Positions 1-12,463 of a DNA stretch of 64,000 nucleotides are shown piece after piece (position 1 is the stretch's first letter; every line of letters starts with the position of its first letter). The stretch lies in assembly GCF_035084215.1 (NCBI RefSeq), contig NC_090332.1, positions 2,232,001-2,296,000 on the forward strand, read 5' to 3'. The translations under genes and the position numbers were made by a program. The notes below the pieces were generated by a model, which was not told where the DNA came from, did not search any database, and saw only the letters and a list, made by a program, of their open reading frames with translations. The DNA is from Heptranchias perlo. Lineage: Eukaryota.

Positions 1-1160
1 AGGCATTTGACAAGGTCCCACATGGCAGACTGGTCAGAAAGGTAAATGCCCATGGGATACAGGGAAATGTGGCGAATTGGATCCAAAATTGGCTCAGTAA
101 CAGGAAACAAAGGGTAAAAGTCGATGGATGTCTTTGTGAATGGAAATCCATTTCCAGTGGTGTGCCACAGGGCTCAGTGTTGGGTCCCTTGCTGTTTGTG
201 GTATATATTAATGATTTGGACTTGAATGTAGGGGGCATGATTGGCAAATTTGCAAAATTGGCCGTGTAGTTGATAGTGAAGAGGATAGCTGTAGACTCCA
301 AGAAGATATCAATGGGTTGGTGGAGTGGGCGGAAAAGTGGCAAATGGAGTTCAACCCTGAGAAGTGTGAGGTAATGCACTTAGGGAGGGCAAACAGTAAA
401 AGGGAATACGCAGTAAACGGGAATATATTGAGAGGGGTAGAGGAAGTGAGAGACCTTGGAGTGCATGTGCACAGGTCCTTGAAGGTGGCAGTACAGGTAG
501 ATAAGGTTGTGAAGAAGGCATACGGAATGCTCTCCGTTATTAGCTGAGGTATAGAATACAAAAGCAGGGATGTAATGATGGAACTGTATAAAACGCTGGT
601 AAGGCCACAGCTGGAGTATTGTGCGCAGTTCTGGTCACCACATTACAGGAAGGACGTAATTGCTCTGGAGACAGTGCAGAGAAGATTTACAAGAATGTTG
701 CCAGGACTTGAAAATTGCAGCTACGAGGAGAGATTGGATAGGCTGGGGTTGTTTTCCTTGGAGCAGAGGAGGCTGAGTGGAGACTTGATTGAGGTGTACA
801 AAATTATGAGGGGCCCAGATAGAGTGGACAGGAAGTACCTGTTTCCCCTAGCGGAGAGTTCAAGAACTAGAGGACATAGATTTAAGCTGATTGGCGGAAG
901 GATTAGAGGGGACATGAGGAAAAACTTTTTTTACCCAGAGGGTGGTGGGTGTAAGGAATTCACTGCCCGAATTGATGGTAGAGGCAGGGACCCTCAACTC
1001 TTAAAGTACCTGGACCTGCACCTAAAATGCTGTAAGCTGCAGGACCGGGTGCTGGAAGGTGGGATTAGAATGGGCACCTGGTTGCTCTTTGAGCCAACGC
1101 GGACACGATGGGCCGAATGGCCCACTTCTGTGCTGTATCTTTATGGTTCTATGGTTCTAA
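1..1160 (+). mobile_element. CR1 LINE 3' fragment (RT C-terminal half plus 3' tail), degenerate
   Basis: ORFs contain [30 protein letters not shown] and YKTLVRPQLEYC motifs, with frameshifts; ends in a TTCTATGG-type tail. Confidence 0.9.
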
Positions 1161-1588
1161 GTCACACACCATCCCGAGTTGTGAAGAAGGCATACGGAAT
1201 GCTCTCTGTTATTAGCTGAGGTATAGAATACAAAAGCAGGATTGTAATGATGGAACTGTATAAAATGCTGGTAAAGCCACAGCTGGAGTATTGTGCACAG
1301 TTCTGGTCACCACATTACAGGAAGGACATAATTGCTCTGGAGAGAGTGCAAAGAAGGTTTGCGATGAGGACACATATACCGTTGGAAATATATCGCCGTT
1401 CCTTCATCGTCGCTGGGTCAAAATCCTGGAACTCCCTTCCTAACAGCACTGTGGGAGAACCTTCACCACACGGACTGCAGCGGTTCAAGAAGGCGGCTCA
1501 CCACCACCTTCTCAAGGGCAATTAGGGATGGGCAATAAATGCCGGCCTCGCCAGCGATGCCCACATCCCATGAATGAATAAAAAAAAC
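1160..1588 (+). mobile_element. 3' end of a second LINE family (CR1/L2 superclade), interrupted by a copied CR1 segment at 1178-1381
   Basis: Encodes RRSFIVAGSKSWNSLPN...QRFKKAAHHHLLKG; 3' end gatgggcaataaatgccggcctcgccagcg...A-tail is shared with copies at 26.2, 27.5, 31.4 and 32.3 kb. Confidence 0.8.
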
Positions 1589-1589
1589 C

Positions 1590-4500
1590 CTTCTGGTAAC
1601 ATTCTGGTGAATCTGCACTGCTTTCCTTCCAAGGCCAATAATCCTTCCTCAGGTGCGGTGCCCAGAACTGTACACAGTATTCCAGATGTGGTCTAAGCAG
1701 AGCTTTGTATAGCTGTAGCAAAACTTCTTCCCCTTTATATTCTATCCCTCTAGATATAAAGGCTAACATTCCATTAGCCTTTTTGATTATTTTTTTGTAC
1801 CTGATCACTACAGTTCAGTGATCTGTGTACACGGACCCCTAAATCTCTTTGGACCTCCACTATTCCGAGCTTTTCGCCATTTAAAAAATAATCGGATCAA
1901 TCCTTTTTTGCTCCAAAATGGATGACCTCACACTGACCTGCGTTGAAATCCATCTCCGAGTTTTATCCACTCATTTAATCTATCAATGTCTCTTTGTAAT
2001 TTTATGGTCCCGTCTACACTACTTACCATGCCACCAATCAGCAATTCTCATCGCCATCTTGGATATATGGCTCTCTATTGTGTTATCTAATCATTAATAA
2101 ATATATTGAATAGTCGAGGCCCCAGCACAGATCCTTGAGGGACACCACCAGTGACTTCCTTCCAATTCAAGTACATCCCCATTATCCCTACTCTCTGTCT
2201 TCTACCGCCTAACCAATTTCCTAACCAGGTCGATAATTAGCCTTCAATTCCATATGGGTGCTGCTCACCCAGTGTACTTTGTAAATGAGTGACTATTCTT
2301 CCATCTTTACCTCATATCAAAGAATCTATCTCTCAAACATGCATTTTCCCCGTTGCTAACGTGCCTGACTCCAACACCTCCTTTTGGGGGTCTCTGAAAA
2401 TGTATGTAAAGACATTGTCTAATATTCCAATAGACAGTTCCCCCTCATTGTGTCTCCTTAGCAGGGCTACAGGCAACTCAATCCACTTCATAGAAACAGG
2501 AGGAGGCCATTCGGGGCAACTAGGGGATGCCTAACATCCCTAGAACAAATTTTTCTTAAAATTCAGTTTTGGTCAGGGCTCCAACCTGTAGAGGGAACCA
2601 GAGATCAGATGAAAGTGAAAGCAGTAAAAATATAATGTGATTTCCCGGAATACAGAGGAATTCCTGGCCCCTCACTGTGGTGAAAAACAGATTATTTATA
2701 CAACACAGGAAGGGAGTTGCTGGGAGTCAGCTGAGAGAGGGGCCTACAGCCTGAAGCGGACCAGGAACGAGCTCCAACCTGATCACACTCAACACCTCAC
2801 TGACAGATCAGAGTTTTTAAACACTCCCGTAGCAGTAAACCATTCAACCCCTCAAATCTGTTCTGCCATTTAATTAGATCATGACTGATTTGCACCTTAA
2901 CTCAATTTACCCGCCTTTGATCCATATCCCTCGATACCCTTACCCAACAAAAATCTGTCGATCTCAGTCCCACTAGCTCCAATTGACCCCCAGCATCCAC
3001 AGCTTTTTGGGGGAGAGAATTACAGATTTCCACTCCCCTTTGTGTGAAGAAGTGCTTCCTGATTTCACCCCTGAATGACCTGGCTCTAATTTTAAGATTT
3101 TGCCCCCTTGTTCTGGATTTCCCACCAGAGGAAATAGTTTCTCTGTATTTACCCTATCGAATCCCTTTAACATTTTAAACACCTCAATTAGATCACCCCT
3201 TAACCTTCTAAACTCAAGGGAATACAAGCCTAGTCTTTGTAACCTTCCCTCCTAATTTAACCCTTTTAGAACATAAGAACAAGAAATAGGAGCAGGAGTA
3301 GGCCATTCTGCCCCTCGAGCCTGCTCCGCCATTCAATTAGATCATGGCTGATCTTCGACCTCAACTCCACTTTCCCGCCCAATCCCCACATCCCTTGATT
3401 CCCCTAGAGTCCAAAAATCTATCCATCTCAGCCTTGAATATATTCAACAACTCAGCATCCACAGCCCTCTGGGGTAGAGAATTCCAAAGATTCACAACCC
3501 TCTGAGTGAAGAAATTCCTCCTCATCTCAGTCTTGAATGGCCGACCCCTTATCCTGAGACTATGCCCCCTAGTTCTAGACTCTCTAGCCAGGGGAAACAA
3601 TCTCTCAGCATCTACCCTGTCAAACCCTCTCAGAATCTTATATGTTTCAATGTGATCACCTCTCATTCTTTTAAACTCCAAAGATTATAGGCCCATTCTA
3701 CTCAACCTCTCTTCATAGGTCAACCCTCTCATCCCAGGAATTAATCTAATGAACCTTCATTGCACTGCCTCCAAAGCCAGTATATCCTTCCTTAGATAAG
3801 GAGACCAAAACTGTACACAGCACTCCAGGTGTGGTCTCACCAGCACCCTATCTAATTGCAGCAAGACCTCCTTACTCTTATACTCCATCCCCCTTGCAAT
3901 AAAGGCCAATATACCATTTGCTTTCCTAATTGCTTGTTGTACCTGCATATTAATTTTCTGTGATTCATGTACAAAGACACTCAAATCCCTCTGAATACCA
4001 ACTCTTCTTAGTCTCTCACCTTTTAAAAAGTATTCTGCTTTTCTATTCTTCCTACCAAAGTGGATAACCTCACATTTCCCCACATTATACTCCAACTGCC
4101 ACCTTCTTGCCCACTCACTTAACCTGTGCAGACTCTGTGTCCTCCTCACAGCTTACTTTCCCACCTGGCTTTGTATCATCAGCAAACTCGGTCCCTTCAA
4201 CTAAGTCATTAATATAGATTGTAAATAGCTGAGGCCCAGGCACTGATCCTTGCGGCACCCCACTAGTTACAGCCTGCCAACCTGAAAATGACCCGTTTAT
4301 TCCTACTCTCTGTTTTCTGTCCTTTAACCAATCCTCTATCCATGCTAATATGTTACCCCCAACCCCATGAGCCCTTATCTTGTGTAACAACCTTTTATGT
4401 GGCACCTTAGTGAATACCTTTTGAAAATCCAAATATACTCCATCCACTGGTTCCCCTTTATCTACCCTGCTAGTTACATCCTCAAAAAACCCTAATAAAT

Positions 4501-4760
4501 TTGACAAACATTATTTCCCTTTTGTAATACCTTGTTGACTCTATATTAGCCATATTAGGCCCGGTATCATTCTGGTGAATCTGTGCTGCACCCCCTCCAA
4601 GGCCAATACATCCTTCCTGAGGTGCGGTGCCGAGAACTGAACCCAGTCTCCAGATGGGGGGTCTGACCAAGGCTCTGTAAAGCTGAAGCATCACTTCCTC
4701 CCCTTTGTATTACAGCCCCCTCGAGATAAAGGCATTAAACTTTTTGATTACTTTGTGTGC
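1590..4760 (-). mobile_element. cluster of nested and fragmented CR1 ORF2/3' pieces (interrupted by non-CR1 sequence at ~2250-2820)
   Basis: Minus-strand ORFs with YLDFQK, SGVPQGSV, KANGILAFI, LVRPHLEC and FFTQRVVNLWNSLP motifs; AGAACATA tail at ~3268. Confidence 0.85.
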
Positions 4761-5093
4761 CCCACATTGCGTCAATCACTCCAGCTGTTGCAAGCATTAG
4801 GACAGGAATTTCCACACCTGGGAGGGAAGTACAGTTTGAGGGAGCATAGTAAGAATGAGGATGGGCAGGTTCAGGAGGCAGCAGAGAAACAACCTGAAAC
4901 CGGCCGGACTGCAAGTCCCAGGCACCATTGATTCATAGAGTCCTTTGACTGTAGGCAAAAGACCCGATACAATACAGTACGAGGGCCAATATGGAGGGGT
5001 CCACTACTTGAGCCTTCTCTCACTGCTTCTGCTCCTCTTTATGATGCACTTTAAAAGATGGCCGCTCGCATTGCGTGACGCACTGCCGACCGG

Positions 5094-5290
5094 CTAAACT
5101 GTTGTATTTTGGGAGGGTCCAGCCGCATAAAGATCCACGGCTGATGCCACCTTCTCTGCAACACGCAGGGCAGCGCCAGTCCTGGAGGCGGTCTGCAGGT
5201 TTCCCTGGAGGGGACGGCACAGCTCCACAACTGCCTCCTTGGTGAACCTTAGTCCCCCGAGGCATGGCTCCTCCGACATCTGCGGGAATC
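5094..5290 (-). mobile_element. PIF/Harbinger transposase (HARBI1-like) N-terminal remnant
   Basis: MSEEPCLGGLRFTKEAVVELC..LQ..L......AL.VAEKVASAVDLYAAG.SQ resembles the Harbinger HTH region (LRF.K..V.ELC; ALPV..KVT.AL.FYASGSFQ). Confidence 0.7.
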
Positions 5291-5689
5291 TGTGCCTTGT
5301 ATTTGGGTAGTCCAAATATCCATGTATTTTGGGTAGTCCCTTCTGCACCACACCCTCTTGTCATACAAGGGCACATTTCCTCATTTTCACACTCTCCAAA
5401 GGATCAAAGGAAGCCACTGTGGAACACCCAGGGTGTTGGAACAGTTCTCTAAGTCAGGCAAGGTGAAGTAACTTTGGGAGTGCAAAAATAGAGTTCTCTA
5501 AAAAGTAAACTAATGATTGGCCACAAAATTAACAACAAGGGCTGGTTCAGCACAGCAGAAACCCAAAGACAAACAAACAGTTTAACTTTAAGAGCTCTGG
5601 CTGCTGTGGCCACTGTTCCAGCTGTTTATGGAGCAGCAGAATGATGTAGCACCAATTGTATAAGTCAGTACACCCCAAATACATATTGT

Positions 5690-5997
5690 TATTAGTTCTG
5701 TACACGCCCCCGGTACATGATATTAACTCTGGACACGCCCCCGGTACATGATATTAACTCTGGACACGCCCCCGGTACATGATATTAACTCTGGACACGC
5801 CCCCAGTACATGATATTAACTCTGGACACGCCCCCAGTACATGATATTAACTCTGGACACGCCCCCAGTACATGATATTAACTCTGGACACGCCCCCAGT
5901 ACATGATATTAACTCTGGACACGCCCCCGCTACATGATATTAACTCTGGACACGCCCCCGGTACATGATATTAATTCTGGACACGCCCCCGGTACAT
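5690..5997. repeat. 31-bp minisatellite, ~10 copies (tctggacacgcccccggtacatgatattaac)
   Basis: Direct tandem repeats visible in the sequence. Confidence 0.95.
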
Positions 5998-6832
5998 ATC
6001 GCAATGAAGCCTAGTTAGAGCCCAAGAGCCCCTAATACAAGGTAAAATCTCCTGTGTTCTGAATGAGAATCTCTCTCTATTTCTCCCATCTTCCTCGTGC
6101 CCTCTCCGAGCTGATCTCATCCACCAGACCGACCTCCTGCTCTCTTGACCCCAGTCCCACTAAACTGCCGACCTCCTGACCTCCCGAACTGGCTCCCATG
6201 CTGGTGGACATTGTAAAATGTTTGCCTCTCCTCAGGTACGTCTACATTCGAGGAGCTATTTAATTGCAAACTGTTGCTGCTGAAAGGCAGCCTGCTCTGT
6301 GACTCAGTGTGAGCTTCCTGTGCTTCTACGCAGACCCAGTGGGAATCCTGGCGCCAGCGCAGAATCAGAGCAGAGATACGAGTCGCGGTTCCCCACTCTC
6401 TGTGCACCAGAGGCTGTACCAAGAGTGCAAGAGAGAGCAAAATTTCAGGCCCTCCATGAATTGCCTTGCAGTTCTGTAAATGTCCAGATGTGAAAAAAAT
6501 TGCACCAGTGACAAAGTGTCTGCTAACATTCCATCCCTTCCTTGAATGAGTGACTGAGACTCGTTTAGCTCAACGATTCTGCTGAAACCCAACACTTTAG
6601 TGGGATCTTCCTGCACGGAAACATTGGCAGTACAAGCACGACACCTGCTGGTGAGGTGCTGAAATTGAGTCCATCCGACAGGCGAGTGAAGTCCAGGCCT
6701 GTTCCCACTCCACACAACTGTGCTCGTGCCCCTCTCGCCAACCAGGGGGATCAGTTCCGTATTCAACAACTTTCCACCGAGTCGCCTCTTTTTATTTGCT
6801 AAGTACAGCTTCACCTCAGCGTACAGGGTATT

Positions 6833-7290
6833 TGGTGTCAGCCGTGTCTCAGCGGGCAGCACTCTCGCCCCTAACTCAGGAGGTCTGTGGGTTCCAGCCC
6901 CATTCCAGAGACTTGAGTTCCTAATCCAGGCCGACACTCCCAGTGCAGTACTGAGGGAGTGCTGCACGGTCAGAGATGCCGTCTCTCAAATGAGATCTTA
7001 AACTGAGGCCCCGTCTGCCCTCTCAGGTGGACGTAAAAGATCCCACGGCCACTATTTCGAAGAAGAGCAGGGGGAGTTCTCCCTGGTGTTCTGGCCAATA
7101 TTTATCCCTCAACCAACATCACTAAAAACAGAGTATCTGCTCATTATCTCGTTGCTGTTTGTGGGATCTTGCTGTGTGCAAGCTGGCTGCCGTGTTTCCT
7201 ACATCACAACAGTGACCACACTTCAAAAGTACTTCATTGGCTGTAAAGTGCTTTGGGATATGGTGAAAGGTGCTATATAAATGCAGGTCT
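6833..7290 (+). mobile_element. tRNA-derived SINE with Deu-type core (SacSINE1-like)
   Basis: tRNA-like head, core gtactgagggagtgctgc...ccccgtctgccctctcaggtggacgtaaaagatccc, and tail gtgaaaggtgctatataaatgca; further copies at 23880 and 54980. Confidence 0.75.
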
Positions 7291-7296
7291 TTCACT

Positions 7297-7826
7297 CTAT
7301 TCTGGGCAGATGCTGAGAGTTGTGTCGCAGTAAATCCAAAAGGCAGGGTGCATGGGCTCAGTGAAGATTGCTTGGAATTGGTGTATGAGGGAGATCTGGT
7401 CGGTGATGCCATAAAAGGAGAGTGTGCCAGCCAGGCAATTCAGGCACAGGCCTATCCTCCCGTACCTCCCCACCTGCAGCCGAGTCTCCTCATTCTTGTG
7501 CCAAGCCGACACGTTATTGTACCAGAATTCGACGCACCAGGAGAAATCGTTCCGCCCGAGGATGCAAGAATTGTCCGATCCTTTCCTCCTGATCCGCTTG
7601 TGAGTGACCCCGATCATAGCGTCCCCATCGTTCAGCTCCATCTCCCAGTAAAACTGGCCAGCACTAAAACTCTCCCTGCAGAGTACCTGGGAGCACAGGT
7701 CAAACCTCTCGGGGCACTGCTCATAGGCCTCGGACCGTGGGTAGGTGCTGGTCACCCGCTGGTTTCCGTCGCTCAGGGACAGCTCTCTCTGGACCGTGTT
7801 GGGGTCAAACGTTATCCGACAGGAAT
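7297..7826 (-). CDS. TRIM gene exon 6 (last exon): PRY/SPRY (B30.2) domain and stop codon
   Basis: (Y)SCRITFDPNT...ERFD..SQVLCRESFSAGQFYWEME...LGRNDFSW...GTLSFY...F.EP.HPAFW; acceptor ctcctgcag, phase 1; 530 bp. Confidence 0.95.
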
Positions 7827-8309
7827 CTGCAGGAGACACAACAGGTCAGGCCTGTTAGGAATGGTGTATTTTGTAATATCGAGAATGGCTGCTGTCCTGG
7901 GTCTATATACGAACAATGACAAACAGGAAAAGACCCTCTGGTCCATCCAGCCTGTCCCACACAATCGTGATACCCTTGTGTATCACAATATATACACTCC
8001 CCACCCCACCCGAAACCAAGTGACCTCCTGCGAGCGACAAAAAAAGATATAAACCCAGGGCCAATTTAGGGGGAAAAAAATTGGGAAATTCCTCTCCGAC
8101 ACCCTTAGGTGATCGAAACTAGTCCAGGAGATCACACTGGCCCTGACTGACGTTATCAGGTATGAGGTGAGCTCCACCCCATCTAGAAACAGGTCCAGCT
8201 CTCGCTTGAATTAATTCAGCGAATCGGCGTCCAACGGACGAGCCGGCAGCCTGTTCCAGAGATCCGCCATTCGCTGGGAAAAGAAGAACCATCTCCTGAC
8301 ATCCCAGCG

Positions 8310-8575
8310 GTCCCAGCGGATTGGAAGGTAACAAATGTAACCCCGCTATTCAAGAAAGGAGGGAGAGAGAAAACAGGGAACTACAGGCCAGTTAGCCTGA
8401 CATCAGTCGTCGGGAAAATGCTGGAATCTGTTATTAAGGGCATGGTCATGAGACACTTAGGAAATCACAACATGATCAGGCAGAGTCAACATGGTTTTAT
8501 GAAAAGGAAATTGTGTTTGTCAAATTTATTGGAGTTTTTTGAGGATGTAACTAGCAGGGTAGATAAAGGGGAACT
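8310..8575 (+). mobile_element. CR1 ORF2 fragment flanking the LTR element
   Basis: NYRPVSLTSVVGKMLES...SQHGFMK..CLSNLLEFFEDVT. Confidence 0.85.
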
Positions 8576-8583
8576 ATTGGGTG

Positions 8584-9632
8584 TGAAGGGATTCGCAAAA
8601 TTTCACATGTTCCCCCCACCCCGAAGATTTATTGGAGTTATTAAAGAAACCCTGGTGTGACTGTTTTAAAAAATCCAAGGTCTCTCAAAATGGCTGCAGT
8701 CAGACACATGGCCAAGGACTGGCAGATTTGAAATTGCATTTTTCAACAACTTGGCAGGTTTTCGTGTCTAGACAGGTTTCTTTAAACAATGCAGCTGCAT
8801 TCTAGCCCTGAGGCAAGCTATCAACATGGCCGGCCAACACATCAAAATTCGAGCAGGAAGTGATCGCAGGACAAAAGGTGAACCATCAAGGTACATTCGG
8901 AACAATGGTAAAGCAGTTCGCAAACAGATCGATACAGGAAACGGCCATAATGTAAATGGGCCAGAGTTGGGGTCCTTTGTCTTACGTTTCGTGCTTAAAT
9001 CAAACAATGAAGCAAGCTGATAAGGTATGAAAAAACCTGTTACCAAGAGGGTATAACTGAAGCTGCCCAGTATATTTCTGGCTAGTAGAGTAGCTGCTCT
9101 CTTCGCCTCTTGGCCCTATCCTGTCTGTCTGCTAGCAACTAAGAAGGAAGCCATCCAGTAAACCTCGCAACCACATGTCGACGGCAGCAGCAGGCACAGG
9201 GGCCAGGCCTTTTCATCTGTTTTCACCGGTGAGCATTAATTTTCTGGCTGCCACAAGACAACCTAGCATAAGTGTAAGGTTGGGGGTTAAGGGATATTGC
9301 TAAACTTGTGATTTTAGAATTTTCCCTCGATGTGTCTGTTTCTTTCAACCCGATAAGTGTAAGACTGTATTACATCCATAGCGATTTCTTTATCTTCTGT
9401 ATTATACTGTTTACCTTGTGGTTTTAGTTTTCTTATTAATAAACATTGGTTTTCCTTGTACCAATCCACTGGTCTGTTTGTCTGTCTTTGTTACCACTCG
9501 ATAAGTCCTCAGCTCAGAATCAGGAAGGGGTAAGCGATTCGCAACCGCACTGCGGGCAGGGCAGCTCAGGAAAAACATAACTGGCTGACCTATTATAAGC
9601 CCGAGAAACAGTAAAAAAAGAAACCCCTTACA
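8584..9632 (+). repeat. 5' LTR (1049 bp)
   Basis: TGAAGGG...CCCCTTACA; direct repeat of 13981-15029; TATA-like GGTATAAC at ~9050, AATAAA at 9438-9443. Confidence 0.95.
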
Positions 9633-9635
9633 GAA

Positions 9636-11528
9636 ATGGCGAGTCAGGCAGGAGCTGAGGCGAAAGTGTGTAACAAGACAGACAGTGGTGCGGAGGAGGA
9701 ATCCGCAATGGAGATAAGGTTGTCTGCCTATGTGTGCGGCAAGGTAAATATCGCGAAAAAGTGGGTGGGCGATATGTTAAAGGCCGAGCGTCCCATAGAT
9801 GCAGCCATCCAGTGGACAGCAAGTAAACAGTATAAGAAAAGTATTGAGAAGGCGGTCTGGCTCTTGTGTTTTAAAAAGCAGGTCTTTGTACTGGACCGTG
9901 CTGTAGCAGTACAAGCAGCCAAGATTAAACAGTTGACCCTAGAGCTGCAGGAAAAGACAGCAGCGGAAGAGCAAGGGGTAGCAGCGCTCCAGGCAATTAG
10001 CCAAGAAAGGGCGCAGATGGCAAGGGACCACCAGGCAAAGGTAGAGCGCCTGGAATACCAGATCGCTGAGCTCAAAAGTAGCGCTGGAGGTAGAATGGAA
10101 CACCTGGAATACCAGGTCAGAGAGGCGAGAGGCAGTGAGGTTTGGCTAATGGATAAGATCCACAGCCTCACGCAAGAATTAAAAGAGCAGGAGGAGAAAG
10201 TAGGCGAGGTAAAGGCAGCATATAAGCTGGCCTGCGCCCAGGGGTTTGAAGACGCAGATCATCGCCCCTGCAGGCAAGAAATAGAACGTTTGGGCATGGC
10301 CTTAGCGAGGGCGAAGGGCATGGTATGCCTCATTCGCCCAAAGGCGGGCCAGTCGGATTTTACCGGCAACCCAAGCAGGGAAGTCCCACAGGCAGCTCCC
10401 AGAACGACACTGGTTAGGGAACCAGAGGCTTCACGGCCACCACCCATAGCCCCGAGTTTTCAGGAGGTCTGGCAGCAAGTGGGGGTGGAGGATGAAGCAT
10501 TAGGGGAGACCCAGCAATTCCTGGTAGATAGACCAGGACCGGGACCAGTGTACCCCCTCCGACAACAGAGGTACGGCCCGCCCGCCGATGGCGAGGACCT
10601 AGGGGCCATCCAGAACCAGTTTGTAGTGCCGCATGGCACCCCACAGCTCAGGGCCATGGTTAGCCATATCCCTAAGCTTACAGTGAGGGGAGACCCCTCT
10701 CTACACTTCCGTGAGATAGAGCAGGCAGCGTGCGTTAATGACTGCGATGAAGCAGAACAAGCAAAAATGCTGCTGTTTTCTCTGGGGGGTGACCTCCTCC
10801 AAACCTTATCAGATGAGTGCAAAAGGGGGCAGAAAGATTACGAGGAGTTAAAGGATGAGATATTGGAGGCTATGGGACTAAATGATGGGAGTCCGTTCGC
10901 CCGGGTGGGAAAAACGGTACAGCTCCCTGGGGAGTCCCCACAGGCTTTCGCAGACAGGCTGTGGCCAGTCTACCGGAGCGCATGCCCGGGAATGCCAGGG
11001 CGGACACTCCTGAACAGAGATCAATTAGCCCACTGGCTCCACTGTCTCATGACAAACTGCCTGCCCCAAATTCGAACACGAGCTGCGGCTTAGTTTGACC
11101 CCCGTAGCCCCCAGACCACCGAGGAAACGGTGATCCGCCAGCTCACGATAGCATTTAAAAATATCAGGGGTATCGAGATGCCCCAACCCAAGGGGAAAGT
11201 CCACGGGGTTAAATCAGGGGCCCAGCATAAAAGGGAATGGCACCAGGAAGGGAATCGTCCCGTCCAGGCTAAGTTAAACTGCTTTGGGTGCGGGAAGAAC
11301 GGCCACTGGCGGAAAGATTGTAAAAACCCCTGGAAGGATACCAAGGGAAAGAATCCCACCGCCCCAGCCCAAAAGGCAGCGACGGGGGAGGCAGAGACAG
11401 GAACTGCCCCCGCTGCCATGGAGTCATTTTTTGAGGCCATGCGATCTTTTATGGCCAGCCAGGGAAGAATAGCAGCCACTACTGGTGTGGTAGCTCCCTC
11501 AGCCCCCCCTGACGATGCCCCGCTATGA
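9636..11528 (+). pseudogene. gag: gag (N-terminal coiled coil, capsid-like region, CCHC zinc knuckle) with one internal TAG at 11091-11093
   Basis: The 485-aa ORF and the in-frame continuation 11094-11528 carry CFGCGKNGHWRKDC; the capsid-like segment Q.PGESPQAFADRL is present. Confidence 0.85.
9637..9654 (+). promoter_or_regulatory. primer-binding site, tRNA-Arg(ACG)-like
   Basis: TGGCGAGTCAGGCAGGAG matches the complement of the vertebrate tRNA-Arg(ACG) 3' end (TGGCGAGCCAGCCAGGAG) at 16/18; starts 4 nt after the LTR. Confidence 0.8.
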
Positions 11529-12233
11529 CTAGAGAAGAAAGCGCAGATCGGCCAGCAGGAAGTTAAATTCCTGGGCCTGACCGTCCGCGCAGGGGAAAGA
11601 GCCATAGACAAGGCTAGGAGGGAAGCGGCCCAAGAGCTACCAGTTCCCAGTACTGTGGAGGTGAAAAAGCAGGCAGCTGGGATCCAACCCGAGGTTAGAA
11701 ATCCCCAGCTCCCAGCAGCTCCCAGCTCACAGGCAGCACCTGCAGGGGCAGTCAGGGGAGGAGTCACCCAGACCCCTGTCCAAACCACTCCCCCTCTCTT
11801 CTGGGACTCAGGTGGGGAGGAGGAGGAGCTCGAGGCAGGTAGCCCCGCCCCCGACCCAGGTTTTGAACCTGGAGAGGAAGACTCTCAGCAACAGGCAGCA
11901 AACAGCAGGGGGTTGCCTGTCCCCAGCTCAGACTTGGGAAGGGAGGAGCCACAAGGGAAAAGTCCCCAGCCAGCGAGGACTGTGATCCACAGCAAGGGTC
12001 CGCTCGCCAGGGTAGCCCCACCAACAGCACTTCCTAGGAGGTCCCCTCGGACACCCCAGCCAAGGAAGGCATGGTCGCCGGCTCCCCAGTTTAAAAGGGC
12101 TACCTCCCGTGCTAAAGTTAAGTCGAAAGACAGAGGTCCTCAGCCAGCAGTCGCGGGCTGTGAGGGACCGGAAGTAAAGCTCAGTACAGCCAAGCCGCAG
12201 GGAGCAGCCTGCAGCAGTCCTGACAGAATTTGA
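11529..12233 (+). pseudogene. pol: pol remnant: RT motif-7/thumb fragment fused to a Pro-rich C-terminal tail; PR, most of RT, RNase H and IN are absent
   Basis: In frame after the gag TGA: LEKKAQIGQQEVKFLGLTVRAGERAIDKARREAAQELPVPSTV. Confidence 0.75.
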
Positions 12234-12463
12234 GCTGGCCGCTCGGAGACGGGCGGCGGATGTATATAACTTTAGCAGTTAAGTTTGTAGTTTTAAGTTA
12301 AGATGTATAGGTTTATTATAAGGTGTGGAACCGTAATGTAATTTTAAGATGGAACCGTTCCAGTGTTGTCAACGTGAGCCGAGGTCCAGGGACCCGCTCA
12401 CACTTCACCCAAGCCAGGCAGCCGACATGGGGCCCGGCCAGATGTTTTTATCTCTTACAGGGA

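Noticed and set aside
6833-6915. tRNA gene
   Set aside because: Degenerate tRNA-like SINE head rather than a full cloverleaf gene
6365-6967. 200-aa minus-strand ORF downstream of TRIM
   Set aside because: Starts within a SINE and has no recognisable domain; probably 3'UTR or intergenic
7270-8052. 260-aa plus-strand ORF
   Set aside because: Antisense shadow of the PRY/SPRY exon
8576-8584. Canonical 4-6-bp target-site duplication
   Set aside because: Only GTG (or GTGT if the LTR's first T is counted) is shared with 15030-15033, so TSD length cannot be called
8768-9046. Short ORFs inside both LTRs as possible accessory genes
   Set aside because: 64-92 aa with no motif; their duplication simply reflects LTR identity
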